A stretch of DNA of 37,286 bases from a virus. A program made the translations under genes and the position numbers. The notes below the pieces were generated by a model. The model saw nothing but the letters and a program-made list of their open reading frames with translations, ran no database searches and had not been told where the DNA came from. Shown here piece by piece: positions 5,536 through 14,389 of this stretch. Each line of letters starts with the position of its first letter. Within the stretch, counting starts at the first letter, position 1. The stretch covers positions 1 to 37,286 of IMG/VR virus record IMGVR_UViG_3300045988_120328; one strand, 5' to 3'.

Positions 5536-6153
5536 GTGACAAACCATAAGATAAAAGACTATCATAAGAACCGCCTTGCATTCGAGGTCATAATCAAGAA
5601 CTATGAAATGCTCTGTTCCCTACTGATAGTGCTGAACAAAGAATATCCGAAGACTTTCTATCCCAAGAAATGTCGCCAATGGATAGATGATTTTGCAGAC
5701 AACTGCAAAATTGCCAACGAGTGGGACAAGGACGGTGTATATGCCTATAAAATGCAGCGGGCGTGCGAGAATAGCGGCATAGATCTGAACATGGTAGTAA
5801 CGTTCGTTGAACGGAATTGCAAAGAGTTCAATCCCCAGAACAGGGCTATTCTGGCGGACAACATCAAGCTGGCGCTGGTGCAGACCGCCACAGAGTATGG
5901 CGTGGGCGGCAAGCGTATGAAAGCCATTCAGAACGCCATGTTGGAAACTTTCATTGACAATCCTAGGGAGCAGGTCAAGGCGCTGGGTATAGATGATTAC
6001 ATCGAAGAATGCACAGTGGGTCAGGTCGATATCCGCAAGTTCAGAGTCAAAGACAAGGTCAGGACTACCCTGCAGGAGCAGAAAGAAGCCTTAGCAGGCT
6101 TGGAAGCGTTCCGGCGCTGGTCAGCTGAGAATGTAAAAAAAGAGGGGCAGTAA
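5536..6153 (+). CDS. Hypothetical early protein (205 aa)
   Basis: SD AAGGAG before GTG 5536. No recognisable domain. Confidence 0.7.
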   Translation: MTNHKIKDYHKNRLAFEVIIKNYEMLCSLLIVLNKEYPKTFYPKKCRQWIDDFADNCKIANEWDKDGVYAYKMQRACENSGIDLNMVVTFVERNCKEFNPQNRAILADNIKLALVQTATEYGVGGKRMKAIQNAMLETFIDNPREQVKALGIDDYIEECTVGQVDIRKFRVKDKVRTTLQEQKEALAGLEAFRRWSAENVKKEGQ

Positions 6154-6154
6154 A

Positions 6155-6322
6155 GTGAAAGAAACGATTGATATTCCCGTAAGCGTTACATATCGCATAG
6201 AGGACGGCAAGATCATAGAAACCCGCCGCAAGGTCAAGAAGATACCGGCTGACGTTATCGCAAGCATTCTTTACCGCCATTTCAAGCAGAAAGAGAGGAA
6301 TAAGAAGTGCTGCACATCATGA
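6155..6322 (+). CDS. Hypothetical small protein (55 aa), not in ORF track
   Basis: GTG 6155 follows AGAGGGG. The product is VKETIDIPVSVTYRIEDGKIIETRRKVKKIPADVIASILYRHFKQKERNKKCCTS, and the ORF fills the gap between flanking genes. Confidence 0.5.
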   Translation: MKETIDIPVSVTYRIEDGKIIETRRKVKKIPADVIASILYRHFKQKERNKKCCTS

Positions 6323-6537
6323 AGATAGATGCCATTATCGGCGAAAGAACAAACGCTGAGATAGAAAGAGCCATTAATAAGGCTCAGCTTGTCGGTGACA
6401 AGCTATGGCATGGAGATCTGAGCAAAGAAGATCTCATGAGCTACTACGTGGCGCAGACCATAGAGAAGCATTTGGTGGCTGATATCGAGGAGCGTATCAA
6501 AGAGTTGGAGGGTGACGGAGATGTACGCAAAGAGTGA
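6307..6537 (+). CDS. Hypothetical early protein (76 aa; alternative start ATG 6319)
   Basis: ORF with GAGAGGAA 8 nt before GTG 6307. Confidence 0.6.
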   Translation: MLHIMKIDAIIGERTNAEIERAINKAQLVGDKLWHGDLSKEDLMSYYVAQTIEKHLVADIEERIKELEGDGDVRKE

Positions 6538-6790
6538 TACCCGCAGTTCACTGATATCGCAAGCCGTCATCAGAATAGCAACGGATATGGGGATTGAAAG
6601 CTATGTCCGAGAGATACGCCACGGCTATTCTATATGTGCCGGCGAATTCGTCATCGTTGACATGGCGGACAATACCAGCGTCAAGATGATAATATCAGAT
6701 TATGACGGATATTATCAGCAAATCAAAAGAAAACTGAGAAAATGGAGGAAAAATTATGAAAAAAAAAGACGTAGTCCTTGCCCTCAATGA
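6521..6790 (+). CDS. Hypothetical early protein (89 aa)
   Basis: GGAGG lies 9 nt before ATG 6521. Confidence 0.65.
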   Translation: MYAKSDTRSSLISQAVIRIATDMGIESYVREIRHGYSICAGEFVIVDMADNTSVKMIISDYDGYYQQIKRKLRKWRKNYEKKRRSPCPQ

Positions 6791-6977
6791 AGATGTCAAG
6801 GCGGTTGACTACCTGACAATGAGAGAGCAGAGAGACAAGCATAACAAGCTCGTTACCCGTCGAAAGCGTGAAGATCGCAGAGAGTGCTTCGCAATGGCCT
6901 TGCTGACTATCTTTTTTGCATTCATGATAATAGTAGTAATGCTCGGTCTTGGGCAGGTATGGGAGATGATTTACTGA
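6756..6977 (+). CDS. Hypothetical protein with a C-terminal transmembrane helix (73 aa)
   Basis: SD GGAGGA. The C-terminal FAMALLTIFFAFMIIVVMLGLG is hydrophobic. Confidence 0.65.
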   Translation: MKKKDVVLALNEDVKAVDYLTMREQRDKHNKLVTRRKREDRRECFAMALLTIFFAFMIIVVMLGLGQVWEMIY

Positions 6978-7279
6978 TGTATGATTTCAACAACACAGTC
7001 AGACTTAACCGCATAGGTGGTGAATATGTCATCACTGTGGACGGAAAGCCGTTGGAAACGTCACTCAGCTCTAATCAGCGCCGTAATCCTCTTATAGCTG
7101 TCAGCAGATATGCGTCAGCAATAGACGAATACCTCAGAGGGAACGTCAAGAAGTATCTTGCTGAAAACGAGCTGAACGTAGTCACGGGCTGTAATGTCTG
7201 CATGGAGTGTACAGACTGCAAGTTCTATCACCTCAATGACGCTGAGAGCAACTGCCGCCTAGGTGACAACAATGAGTAA
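6977..7279 (+). CDS. Hypothetical Cys-containing protein (100 aa)
   Basis: ATG 6977 overlaps the upstream TGA by one base. Contains GCNVCMECTDCKFYH. Confidence 0.6.
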   Translation: MYDFNNTVRLNRIGGEYVITVDGKPLETSLSSNQRRNPLIAVSRYASAIDEYLRGNVKKYLAENELNVVTGCNVCMECTDCKFYHLNDAESNCRLGDNNE

Positions 7280-7529
7280 GACAGTATACGTCGATAATAC
7301 TATCTATCGAAAAGAATCTAAGCAGTTTCCTAACGTCAAGTATCGTTTCAACCTTGCCAACGTCGTGATACATAGTATGTATACCATGTATCTTAAGAGC
7401 CGTGGCATACCGAAGACCATAGGGCTTACAGACAAGCAGCGTTTTGATTTTGAAAAACGCATTCAATCTCTTATCGACAATGGGTCTATCGTAGTGACAG
7501 AAGTCGAAGCAGGAACGAAAGGAAAATGA
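7272..7529 (+). CDS. Hypothetical early protein (85 aa)
   Basis: AGGTGA lies 6 nt before ATG 7272. Confidence 0.65.
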   Translation: MSKTVYVDNTIYRKESKQFPNVKYRFNLANVVIHSMYTMYLKSRGIPKTIGLTDKQRFDFEKRIQSLIDNGSIVVTEVEAGTKGK

Positions 7530-7532
7530 AAA

Positions 7533-7667
7533 ATGAGTACCATAGGAATAATGCTGTTATCCATAGCGACGCTTATCGTTGCGGATATCGTGATGTACAT
7601 AGTACTTGGTGCCATTGAAAAGCACTGGGAGAAAAAGTTTAAGGAGGATAAAGATGACGAGAGATGA
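7533..7667 (+). CDS. Small single-pass membrane protein (44 aa), not in ORF track
   Basis: MSTIGIMLLSIATLIVADIVMYIVLGAIEKHWEKKFKEDKDDER. It fills the gap between flanking genes. Confidence 0.5.
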   Translation: MSTIGIMLLSIATLIVADIVMYIVLGAIEKHWEKKFKEDKDDER

Positions 7668-8064
7668 AATAATTCTTGCAGCAAAATGCTGCATAGCAGA
7701 CAACTGTGGAGCTTGTCCGTTTATGAATAGAGGTAATTGCATTACTGATTTTATGAAGAATGTTCTTGAATGCATAAAAAATGAGCCTGTGCTGTCTGCC
7801 AACAGTACAAGCTCGGAGGTATCTGTAAAAGAAGATACCGATAACATACACCTTGATGATAGCACAAAAGAGCAGATTTGTCAAGCATACGAAACTGCTG
7901 ATGAAGCTTGTGCAAATATGCTCACTATCTACGAAGGAATGTCGGAATGTGAGCAGAGAGCCTTTGATATAGGCGAGGTGTACGGAAAAATATACAGCAC
8001 GAGGGATAAGCTTGAAACTTCCCTAAAGGAGCTCACAAAGGAGGGGGAGAATAAATGCCGGTAA
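7654..8064 (+). CDS. Hypothetical Cys-rich protein (136 aa)
   Basis: AAGGAGG lies 6 nt before ATG 7654. Contains AAKCCIADNCGACPFMNRGNC. Confidence 0.7.
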   Translation: MTRDEIILAAKCCIADNCGACPFMNRGNCITDFMKNVLECIKNEPVLSANSTSSEVSVKEDTDNIHLDDSTKEQICQAYETADEACANMLTIYEGMSECEQRAFDIGEVYGKIYSTRDKLETSLKELTKEGENKCR

Positions 8065-8291
8065 TAACAGACGTTGACCTGCTATGCTATAATGCTGAAC
8101 TTGCAGGCGCCAGAAAGCGACTGAATTACAAATCGCCCCCGCCAAGGCATAACGCAGGCCCATGTATTTTCTATAATAGCATAAGACAAGAATGTATGGC
8201 GCTGGTTGAGAAGCCAGCGCAAGAAACTTGCACACGCTGCAAGTTTTTCAAAGACAGAACGGAGGATTATAATGCAGATGAATTCAAATAA
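8055..8291 (+). CDS. Hypothetical Cys-containing protein (78 aa)
   Basis: SD AAGGAGGGGG before the start. Contains ...ETCTRCKFF. Confidence 0.65.
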   Translation: MPVITDVDLLCYNAELAGARKRLNYKSPPPRHNAGPCIFYNSIRQECMALVEKPAQETCTRCKFFKDRTEDYNADEFK

Positions 8292-8907
8292 TCAAAAGCC
8301 AACATTTGATTGGAGAAATTTTAAGTATAAGAACATAGCTGTTCACGTCAAGACTCAGGAAGAATACGATAACTTTATGAAAGAATGTAAGGTGCAGGGG
8401 CTTACATGGTGCACCGGCAAAGAAGTTGATAAGCTCAATCTTTGGCCGGACTGCGCATATGATACGTGCATAGTACATGACAATAGCGTTTCCGCACAAA
8501 GGGGACTGCATTATCAAAGGCTGGGCTACTATAAGAGATGCGGCTACGAGATAGAGGAATTCGCAGATTTCTATTTTCCAAAAGATTACCAGCCGCTTAA
8601 TTCAAACAGCAATCTTATTCCAGAAGAACAGATAGAATTATTGGAAAAGCCAACAACGCATACCTTGAAGCTGGAAGAATGCTTCTGTGAAGCAGTTGTC
8701 ACAGGTAAGAAGTGTTTTGAAATTCGTAAAAATGACAGAGGCTTTCAGCCTGGAGACACGATTGAATTCATTCCAGTAAGTAACGGACATCCTGCTATTC
8801 ATGTGATATCAAACCGCAGATATAGGATAACATATGTCCTAAGTGGTTGGGGGTTGAAGAATGGATATGTTGCATTCGGAATAGAGGAGGTAAAGAGATA
8901 TGACTAG
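8272..8907 (+). CDS. Protein with a C-terminal DUF3850 (ASCH/PUA-like) domain (211 aa)
   Basis: The SD GGAGGA precedes ATG 8272. The C-terminal HTLKLEECFCEAVVTGKKCFEIRKNDRGFQPGDTIEF...YRITYVL matches the DUF3850 pattern. Confidence 0.6.
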   Translation: MQMNSNNQKPTFDWRNFKYKNIAVHVKTQEEYDNFMKECKVQGLTWCTGKEVDKLNLWPDCAYDTCIVHDNSVSAQRGLHYQRLGYYKRCGYEIEEFADFYFPKDYQPLNSNSNLIPEEQIELLEKPTTHTLKLEECFCEAVVTGKKCFEIRKNDRGFQPGDTIEFIPVSNGHPAIHVISNRRYRITYVLSGWGLKNGYVAFGIEEVKRYD

Positions 8908-9295
8908 CTACAGAGAGCAGGCGTTGAAGAAACTCACAAACGAACGAGAGGGCGTTAAGCTTAGCGGTGGAGCATCGGCGAACACAGTGCTGGGTACTAT
9001 CATTCAGCCTGTCATTGACGCACTTGAAAGCTTCGTCAAGCAGGACGAGGAATTCGCACAGGCGGTCGCTCAGGGTGGCACGCTTCAGAAGTGTTTTGAA
9101 GCAGTTTACAAAGCAATTAAGGATAGCAACTTTGCACTATCAGACTTTAAGACTTATGAGACCGCAGCAGGCTTTTTCTTCCCTGGCTGTAAGATACGTT
9201 ATCACATGGATATAGACCTCTGCGGTAGTGTCAACAAGGAAGCGCCTGAGCAGAAACGCAAGTCGATCACAGTTTCTTTTGATGACCTTTTCTGA
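8900..9295 (+). CDS. PcfK-like protein (family annotated as Cas9 inhibitor AcrIIA9 family)
   Basis: Its size and layout resemble PcfK-like proteins recalled from memory: FVKQDEEFAQAV..GTLQKCFEAVYKAIKDSN..LSDFKTYETAAGFFF..SFDDLF. It sits immediately upstream of a PcfJ-like gene, the usual pairing. Confidence 0.5.
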   Translation: MTSYREQALKKLTNEREGVKLSGGASANTVLGTIIQPVIDALESFVKQDEEFAQAVAQGGTLQKCFEAVYKAIKDSNFALSDFKTYETAAGFFFPGCKIRYHMDIDLCGSVNKEAPEQKRKSITVSFDDLF

Positions 9296-9302
9296 GAGGT
9301 GA

Positions 9303-11021
9303 TTGAAAGTGTGGATAAACAATAACAAAGAGCAGTCGCTAGTATATAAGCCTATATTCAAAGACTGTCTCACCCATGCCCAGAAAGAAGACGTTGAGGG
9401 CTTCCCGCCCCTCAACGTTGACGATTGTGCCGAGATTAATCGTCACTTTACGCCCTATATCTTTTACCGCAGGACTAGCCAAGGGCGCTATACCTGTTTC
9501 TGTACGTCCTGCAATCACGAATTTAAGGTCAATAGTAATGATTATGGTGATATATACCACACTGATGATAATATCATCAGGCATAACTATTTGGGTACCT
9601 GCCCATGTTGCGGTGTGAAAGCCAAATATAAAGCGGCAGGATATAAGCAAGTTCAATTAAATGAAGTAGTTGATTTCGTCATATATAAAGCCGTTGAAGA
9701 AGTGGTATATATATATGCGGCGACGATTCATAAAGACTATAACGAATACGGAACGGAGGACTTCGACAGGATCCCCAATCTTTGGGTCGATTTCCAAAAG
9801 CTTTACGTCCTGCGAAAAGGCAGTGCTGAGGTTTATCATTCGCATGCCTTATTTCGTCGAAACGGTTGGTGTTATATGGTTTCGCCTATGAAGAGGAAAA
9901 TGTGCAGTTCATTCAATAACGGATTTGCTGATCACAGACAAGTATACCTATATAAGAATATAATTAAGGACACTTTCTTAAAGTATTCAGGTTTTGATTG
10001 CTACTGCTGCCGCCATTATATAAGAGAGTATGACCAAGAACGTTATTATACCGCATACGCTATGTATCCGATACTTGAAATGGCGGTTAAAATGAACTGC
10101 GACACCATGGTGCAGGATCTGCTTTGGCGCAACAAGAAGAATTATAAGATATTAAATTGGAACGCAACATCGCCGAAAAAATTTTTCAAGCATCTAACGC
10201 TGAATGAAGTGAAAGCATTTCTTGAAAATCACACGCCGGCAAGAGTTATAGAGGTGTATCAGGACTTCAAGCGCAAAGGTAAGAAGAAAGACATTTTCTA
10301 CTGCCGAATGTACAGCTATATTACTGATTACTGCACTAGCATTGAAAAAGCAGGTGTTGACCCAGAGCCGGCATTAGAATACCTGAGAAAAGTCATGAAG
10401 CACTCTCCCGAAGAAGAACGTTGCGAAGACGATCACTCAGAGATAAGGCGCCTTGTCAAGCTGTATGACGATTATGCCAATATCGGCTTGAAAATAGGCT
10501 ATGATTTTCGCTTGAAAAACATAGCCTTTCCAAGAGACCTGAACGAAGCGCATGATAACGCAGTTGAGAACTTCAACTTCATGGAAGAAGAACGCAAGAG
10601 AAAAGAAGCCGCTGAGCTTGAGGAAGCCTATAAGCCCAGATACAAGAAGCTTTGCAAAAAGTATAAGGGCTATAGCTATCCAGGTATTCAGTTGGTTGTA
10701 CCAGAGAATGCCGAAAGCATTATCAAAGAGGGAAAGGACTTGCGAATATGCGTCGGCGGTTATGCTTCAAGGCATTGCAGTGGGGTTACGACAATTCTAT
10801 TCATCAGAAAGCCGTCTGACCTTGATAAGTCATGGTTTACGATTGAAATAGACAATGCTGACCATATCGTGCAGTGCCACGGATTTAAGAATGAACAAGC
10901 CAAAGACCCCTTAACGGGCAAGAAGCTTGAAAAGCCTGAAATAATCAAGGCGTTTGAAGTCAACTTCCAAGAGTGGCTGAATAGTCAGAAGAAGCAGAAT
11001 AAGAGGAGAAAAGCAAGCTAG
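9303..11021 (+). CDS. PcfJ-like domain protein (about 570 aa; start TTG 9303 or GTG 9309)
   Basis: The C-terminal IIKEGKDLRICVGGYASRHCSGVTTILFIRKPSDLDKSWFTIEID..IVQCHGFKNE matches the PcfJ signature. The N-terminus has a Cys cluster (CFCTSCNHEF..CPCCG). Confidence 0.65.
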   Translation: MKVWINNNKEQSLVYKPIFKDCLTHAQKEDVEGFPPLNVDDCAEINRHFTPYIFYRRTSQGRYTCFCTSCNHEFKVNSNDYGDIYHTDDNIIRHNYLGTCPCCGVKAKYKAAGYKQVQLNEVVDFVIYKAVEEVVYIYAATIHKDYNEYGTEDFDRIPNLWVDFQKLYVLRKGSAEVYHSHALFRRNGWCYMVSPMKRKMCSSFNNGFADHRQVYLYKNIIKDTFLKYSGFDCYCCRHYIREYDQERYYTAYAMYPILEMAVKMNCDTMVQDLLWRNKKNYKILNWNATSPKKFFKHLTLNEVKAFLENHTPARVIEVYQDFKRKGKKKDIFYCRMYSYITDYCTSIEKAGVDPEPALEYLRKVMKHSPEEERCEDDHSEIRRLVKLYDDYANIGLKIGYDFRLKNIAFPRDLNEAHDNAVENFNFMEEERKRKEAAELEEAYKPRYKKLCKKYKGYSYPGIQLVVPENAESIIKEGKDLRICVGGYASRHCSGVTTILFIRKPSDLDKSWFTIEIDNADHIVQCHGFKNEQAKDPLTGKKLEKPEIIKAFEVNFQEWLNSQKKQNKRRKAS

Positions 11022-11032
11022 GAGGAATTACA

Positions 11033-11575
11033 ATGAATGAGATCAAACTAAGACCCGGTGAGGAGTTCGTATATAATGGTATACGTTTTATATGCCTCGA
11101 CATTATCGACGGCAACTACTTAGCGATAACGGCTGATTGTTGGTGCGAAAAGCTTTTTAACGAAGAATACGAGGACGGCTGCAACAACTGGGAGAAATCC
11201 ACTCTCCGGCGCTTTCTCAATGAAGATGTGCTTGAGGAACACTTTGATACGAAACATCTTGTAAAGCAAACATCTGACCTTATCGCCGATAACGGAGACA
11301 AAGCCTATGGAACGTGTGAGGACTATATAACGTTGCTCACTTGCGACCAGTACCGCAAGTATAGAGATTATGTGCCGCTCTTTAAAGAAGGTATGTGGAC
11401 GCTTACTCCGTGGAGGTGCGACACTGGCTACGCTAACTACATGCGTTACGTCACCCCGAAAGGAGCTATCAACTACTACTGTGTGGACGGCAGTGTCGGG
11501 CTTGCCCCGGTTTGCTTATTTAATTCTGATAATCTCATATTGCGCCGACAGACGCAGCTTATACCCGCTGAATAA
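11033..11575 (+). CDS. DUF6273-like protein (180 aa)
   Basis: NWEKSTLRRFLNEDVLEEHF...ITLLTCDQYRKY...WTLTPW matches the DUF6273 pattern. No signal peptide is present. Confidence 0.55.
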   Translation: MNEIKLRPGEEFVYNGIRFICLDIIDGNYLAITADCWCEKLFNEEYEDGCNNWEKSTLRRFLNEDVLEEHFDTKHLVKQTSDLIADNGDKAYGTCEDYITLLTCDQYRKYRDYVPLFKEGMWTLTPWRCDTGYANYMRYVTPKGAINYYCVDGSVGLAPVCLFNSDNLILRRQTQLIPAE

Positions 11576-11599
11576 CTAACCAAAATAGGAGGAAACGCA

Positions 11600-12595
11600 A
11601 TGGAAAACACAGAAATTACAGTATCTATGAAAACAGCTATGGTAGAACACCAGCACATATGCGAATGCTACAGGACAGCCGCAACGGCTATCGTAGAAAT
11701 GGGCAGGTCACTAAAGAACATCAGAGATTACAAGCTCTACATAGCACTTGGCTATGAGTCTTTCAAGAACTATCTTGAAAGCAATGGCGATTACACGTTC
11801 AAAGAACGTCAGGCGTACACCTATATCAAGCTATATGAGGATAACAGCACAAAGTTCCTTGAAGAACACGCAAGTATAGGTGTCACCAAGCTTGAACTTC
11901 TCTCCAAGCTCCCTGAGTATGAGCGTGAGGAATTCGCTGACACACATGACCTCGGCGGTATGACCGTTGAGGAGGTGAAAAAGCTGATAAAAGAAAAGCA
12001 GGCGTTAGGAGAACAGTTGACATTCCTCGAAGAAGAAAGGAAGGAACAGACAGAAAGTGCCGAATCCCTCAGAGCTGAGCTTGAAGAACTGAGAGAAAAG
12101 CTTAAGCAGGCCGAGGACAAGCCTATCGAGGTAGTTAAGAGAGACCTCGACGAAGAAGAGATTGACAAGATAAGGCTGTCTGTCCGCCAGGAGCTTCACG
12201 CCGAGCATATGAAGGAACTGAATGCGTTGAAGAAGTCAAGCAGTGAAGCCGTGAAGGCGGCAGAAGCTGAAAAAAATAATGCCCTTAAGAAAGCACAGAC
12301 AGAGCGTGACCATGCAGTTAAGGAAGCCGTCGCTAAGTATGAAACCGCCCTCAGCAAAGCTAAGGCTGAGGCAGAAGAAGCGGACCATGCCAAGGCAGAG
12401 TTGGAAAAGAAATTGAAGTCAGGCAATGCAGACGAAGCAAGGGTTGCGCTGAAGATCATCTTTGAAAACGTTCAGAAAGGGCTTACGGAATTCATTGAAA
12501 AAATCACTGATATTGAAGACCCACAAACCAAGGAAAGGTTCATTACTGTCACAAGCAAGTGGCTCAGACAGGCGGCTGATGACCTTGAGGGGTGA
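11600..12595 (+). CDS. DUF3102-like N-terminal domain plus a long charged coiled-coil protein (331 aa)
   Basis: The N-terminal IVEMGRSLKNIRDYKLYIALGYESFKNYLESNGDYTFKERQAYTYIKLYE is DUF3102-like. The remainder is E/K/A-rich heptad-like sequence. Confidence 0.5.
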   Translation: MENTEITVSMKTAMVEHQHICECYRTAATAIVEMGRSLKNIRDYKLYIALGYESFKNYLESNGDYTFKERQAYTYIKLYEDNSTKFLEEHASIGVTKLELLSKLPEYEREEFADTHDLGGMTVEEVKKLIKEKQALGEQLTFLEEERKEQTESAESLRAELEELREKLKQAEDKPIEVVKRDLDEEEIDKIRLSVRQELHAEHMKELNALKKSSSEAVKAAEAEKNNALKKAQTERDHAVKEAVAKYETALSKAKAEAEEADHAKAELEKKLKSGNADEARVALKIIFENVQKGLTEFIEKITDIEDPQTKERFITVTSKWLRQAADDLEG

Positions 12596-12617
12596 GCTGA
12601 ATGACCAGAGAATTGAA

Positions 12618-13334
12618 ATGAAGAAGAACACCACCTATGAGGAAAGAAAAGCTAATGGAATATGCCCATATTGCGGGCGAGAAAAAGCTGTTCCTGGATA
12701 TATTATGTGCGAGAAATGTAGAGAACAGAACAAGGAAAGATGTAAGAAACGCTATGAACGAGCGAAAGATAAAGGGCTATGCACACGTTGTTACAAGAAG
12801 CCATCAATTGAGGGTCAAACAATGTGCAGAGAATGTCTTGCGAAAATGCTAGCGAAAGACAAAGAAAAGCGATATGGCGGAGTATGCGATATGGATTGTT
12901 TCAATTGCAAATATGATGACTGCATTAATGACAATGTGCCAGAATGCTATGCTGATTTGCCCTTTGAGGAAAAGGAAAAGATCCGAAAACGCAATCGAGC
13001 CCGATATCACGAACTTAAAGAGAGGGGAATTTGTGTAAAATGCGGAAAGCTGCCAGCAAAAGAAGGAATCACTCTTTGTGAAAGTTGCGCACACAAGAGA
13101 AGTAAGAGGGAGAAAAGGAAAAGGGCAGAAAATCAGAAGATCAGCAAGCGGGATTTATGGCGTGAACAAAGAAAATGTTATTTCTGCGGAGGAGAATGTG
13201 TGCAAGGCCAGAAGGTGTGCACGAAACACTATGAAATGCTCAAAGCTATGGCAATGCATATGCGTGAAAGCGAAAGGAGCAAGATCGCAAGAGAACGGCT
13301 GAAAAAAGTATACTTTGCGGGAAGGCAACAATAG
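12618..13334 (+). CDS. Multi-zinc-ribbon protein with four CxxC..CxxC repeats (238 aa; alternative start ATG 12579)
   Basis: The repeats are GICPYCGREKAVPGYIMCEKC, GLCTRCYKKPSIEGQTMCREC, GICVKCGKLPAKEGITLCESC and CYFCGGECVQGQKVCTKH, separated by basic linkers. Confidence 0.65.
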   Translation: MKKNTTYEERKANGICPYCGREKAVPGYIMCEKCREQNKERCKKRYERAKDKGLCTRCYKKPSIEGQTMCRECLAKMLAKDKEKRYGGVCDMDCFNCKYDDCINDNVPECYADLPFEEKEKIRKRNRARYHELKERGICVKCGKLPAKEGITLCESCAHKRSKREKRKRAENQKISKRDLWREQRKCYFCGGECVQGQKVCTKHYEMLKAMAMHMRESERSKIARERLKKVYFAGRQQ

Positions 13335-13356
13335 AATTGTGAAAGGAGAAATCACT

Positions 13357-13581
13357 ATGGAACACAAGTGTAAGTTCTGCGGAAGAAAGATAGGAACCGC
13401 ACATTATATCCACAAGAAGGATTGTACGTGCGGGATTTGTACAAAGTACTGTATGAGCGAATGTCAACTCTCAAAGAATGGCTTGTTGAGCTGGCATAAA
13501 GAGCCGTGCGTATCTTGTGAGAGAAATCCATATCGTAAGAACTATAAATGGAACGGAAAGGAATGGACAAAAGATGATTGA
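13357..13581 (+). CDS. Small Cys-rich protein (74 aa)
   Basis: The SD AAAGGAG precedes ATG 13357. The product is MEHKCKFCGRKIG..CTCGICTKYCMSEC..CVSCERN. Confidence 0.65.
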   Translation: MEHKCKFCGRKIGTAHYIHKKDCTCGICTKYCMSECQLSKNGLLSWHKEPCVSCERNPYRKNYKWNGKEWTKDD

Positions 13582-14374
13582 TATTGACGGCTTCAAGGAA
13601 TATCTTTACGAAGAGGAGCTTGCGCCGAACACAATAGCAACATATGTCAAAGGCGTAGAAAAATATGCTGAAAGGTTCGACACCATAACGAAGCCGAACT
13701 TAATCGAATTCAAACGCTATCTGGTCGAGAATTACAAGCCGCAAACTGTAAATCTCCGAATAACTGCCCTACTCACTTACTGCAAGTATAAAGGAATAGA
13801 AATGAAGTTGAAACAGGTTAAGTTAGCTAAGAAAACAAGCATTGACAATGTCATTTCACTTGGCCAATACAACCGACTGATAGATGGACTTAAAAGAGAC
13901 AATAATATGCGGTGGTATATTACTATCGTTGTCTTAGCAAGAACAGGAATGAGGATATCGGAAGCTTTAAAAATACGCAAGAGCGATATTATCAATGGGA
14001 AAGTGACCTTAAATGCTAAGGCTCATATGAGAACAATATTTTTTCCAAAAACGCTAACAGATGAGATACTTCCCTATCTTAGCAATGTTTCTGATGATGA
14101 TTTCGTTCTGCAGAATCACAATGGTCAGCCTATAACATCACGAGGGGTCTCTGGTGAACTCAGACGTTTTGCAGACAAGTACGGCATCCCGAAAGAAGTA
14201 ATGCACCCACATTCGTTTCGGCATTTCTTTGCTATCGAATTTGTTAAAAGAAACAATAATATTTCGCTGCTTGCTGACCTACTAGGACACGGAAGCGTTA
14301 ACATCACGCAGATATATCTACGTCAGTCAGAAGAACAACAGAAAACAGCTGTTGATAATACTGTCAATTGGTGA
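13574..14374 (+). CDS. Tyrosine recombinase (XerC/D / phage-integrase family, 266 aa)
   Basis: N-terminal SAM-like domain (YLYEEELAPNTIATYVKGVEKY). The catalytic signature is ARTGMRISE (Arg), HPHSFRH (His-x-x-Arg), LGHGS (His) and TQIY (Tyr). Confidence 0.85.
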   Translation: MIDIDGFKEYLYEEELAPNTIATYVKGVEKYAERFDTITKPNLIEFKRYLVENYKPQTVNLRITALLTYCKYKGIEMKLKQVKLAKKTSIDNVISLGQYNRLIDGLKRDNNMRWYITIVVLARTGMRISEALKIRKSDIINGKVTLNAKAHMRTIFFPKTLTDEILPYLSNVSDDDFVLQNHNGQPITSRGVSGELRRFADKYGIPKEVMHPHSFRHFFAIEFVKRNNNISLLADLLGHGSVNITQIYLRQSEEQQKTAVDNTVNW

Positions 14375-14389
14375 CAAAGGGTGAGAACA

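Noticed and set aside
12462-12617. Long N-terminal extensions given in the ORF track (for example 12462, 8206, 7606, 17670, 20972, 24314, 6884)
   Set aside because: These extensions overlap the preceding gene in another frame. Internal starts carry strong SD sites at proper spacing, so the shorter forms were adopted.
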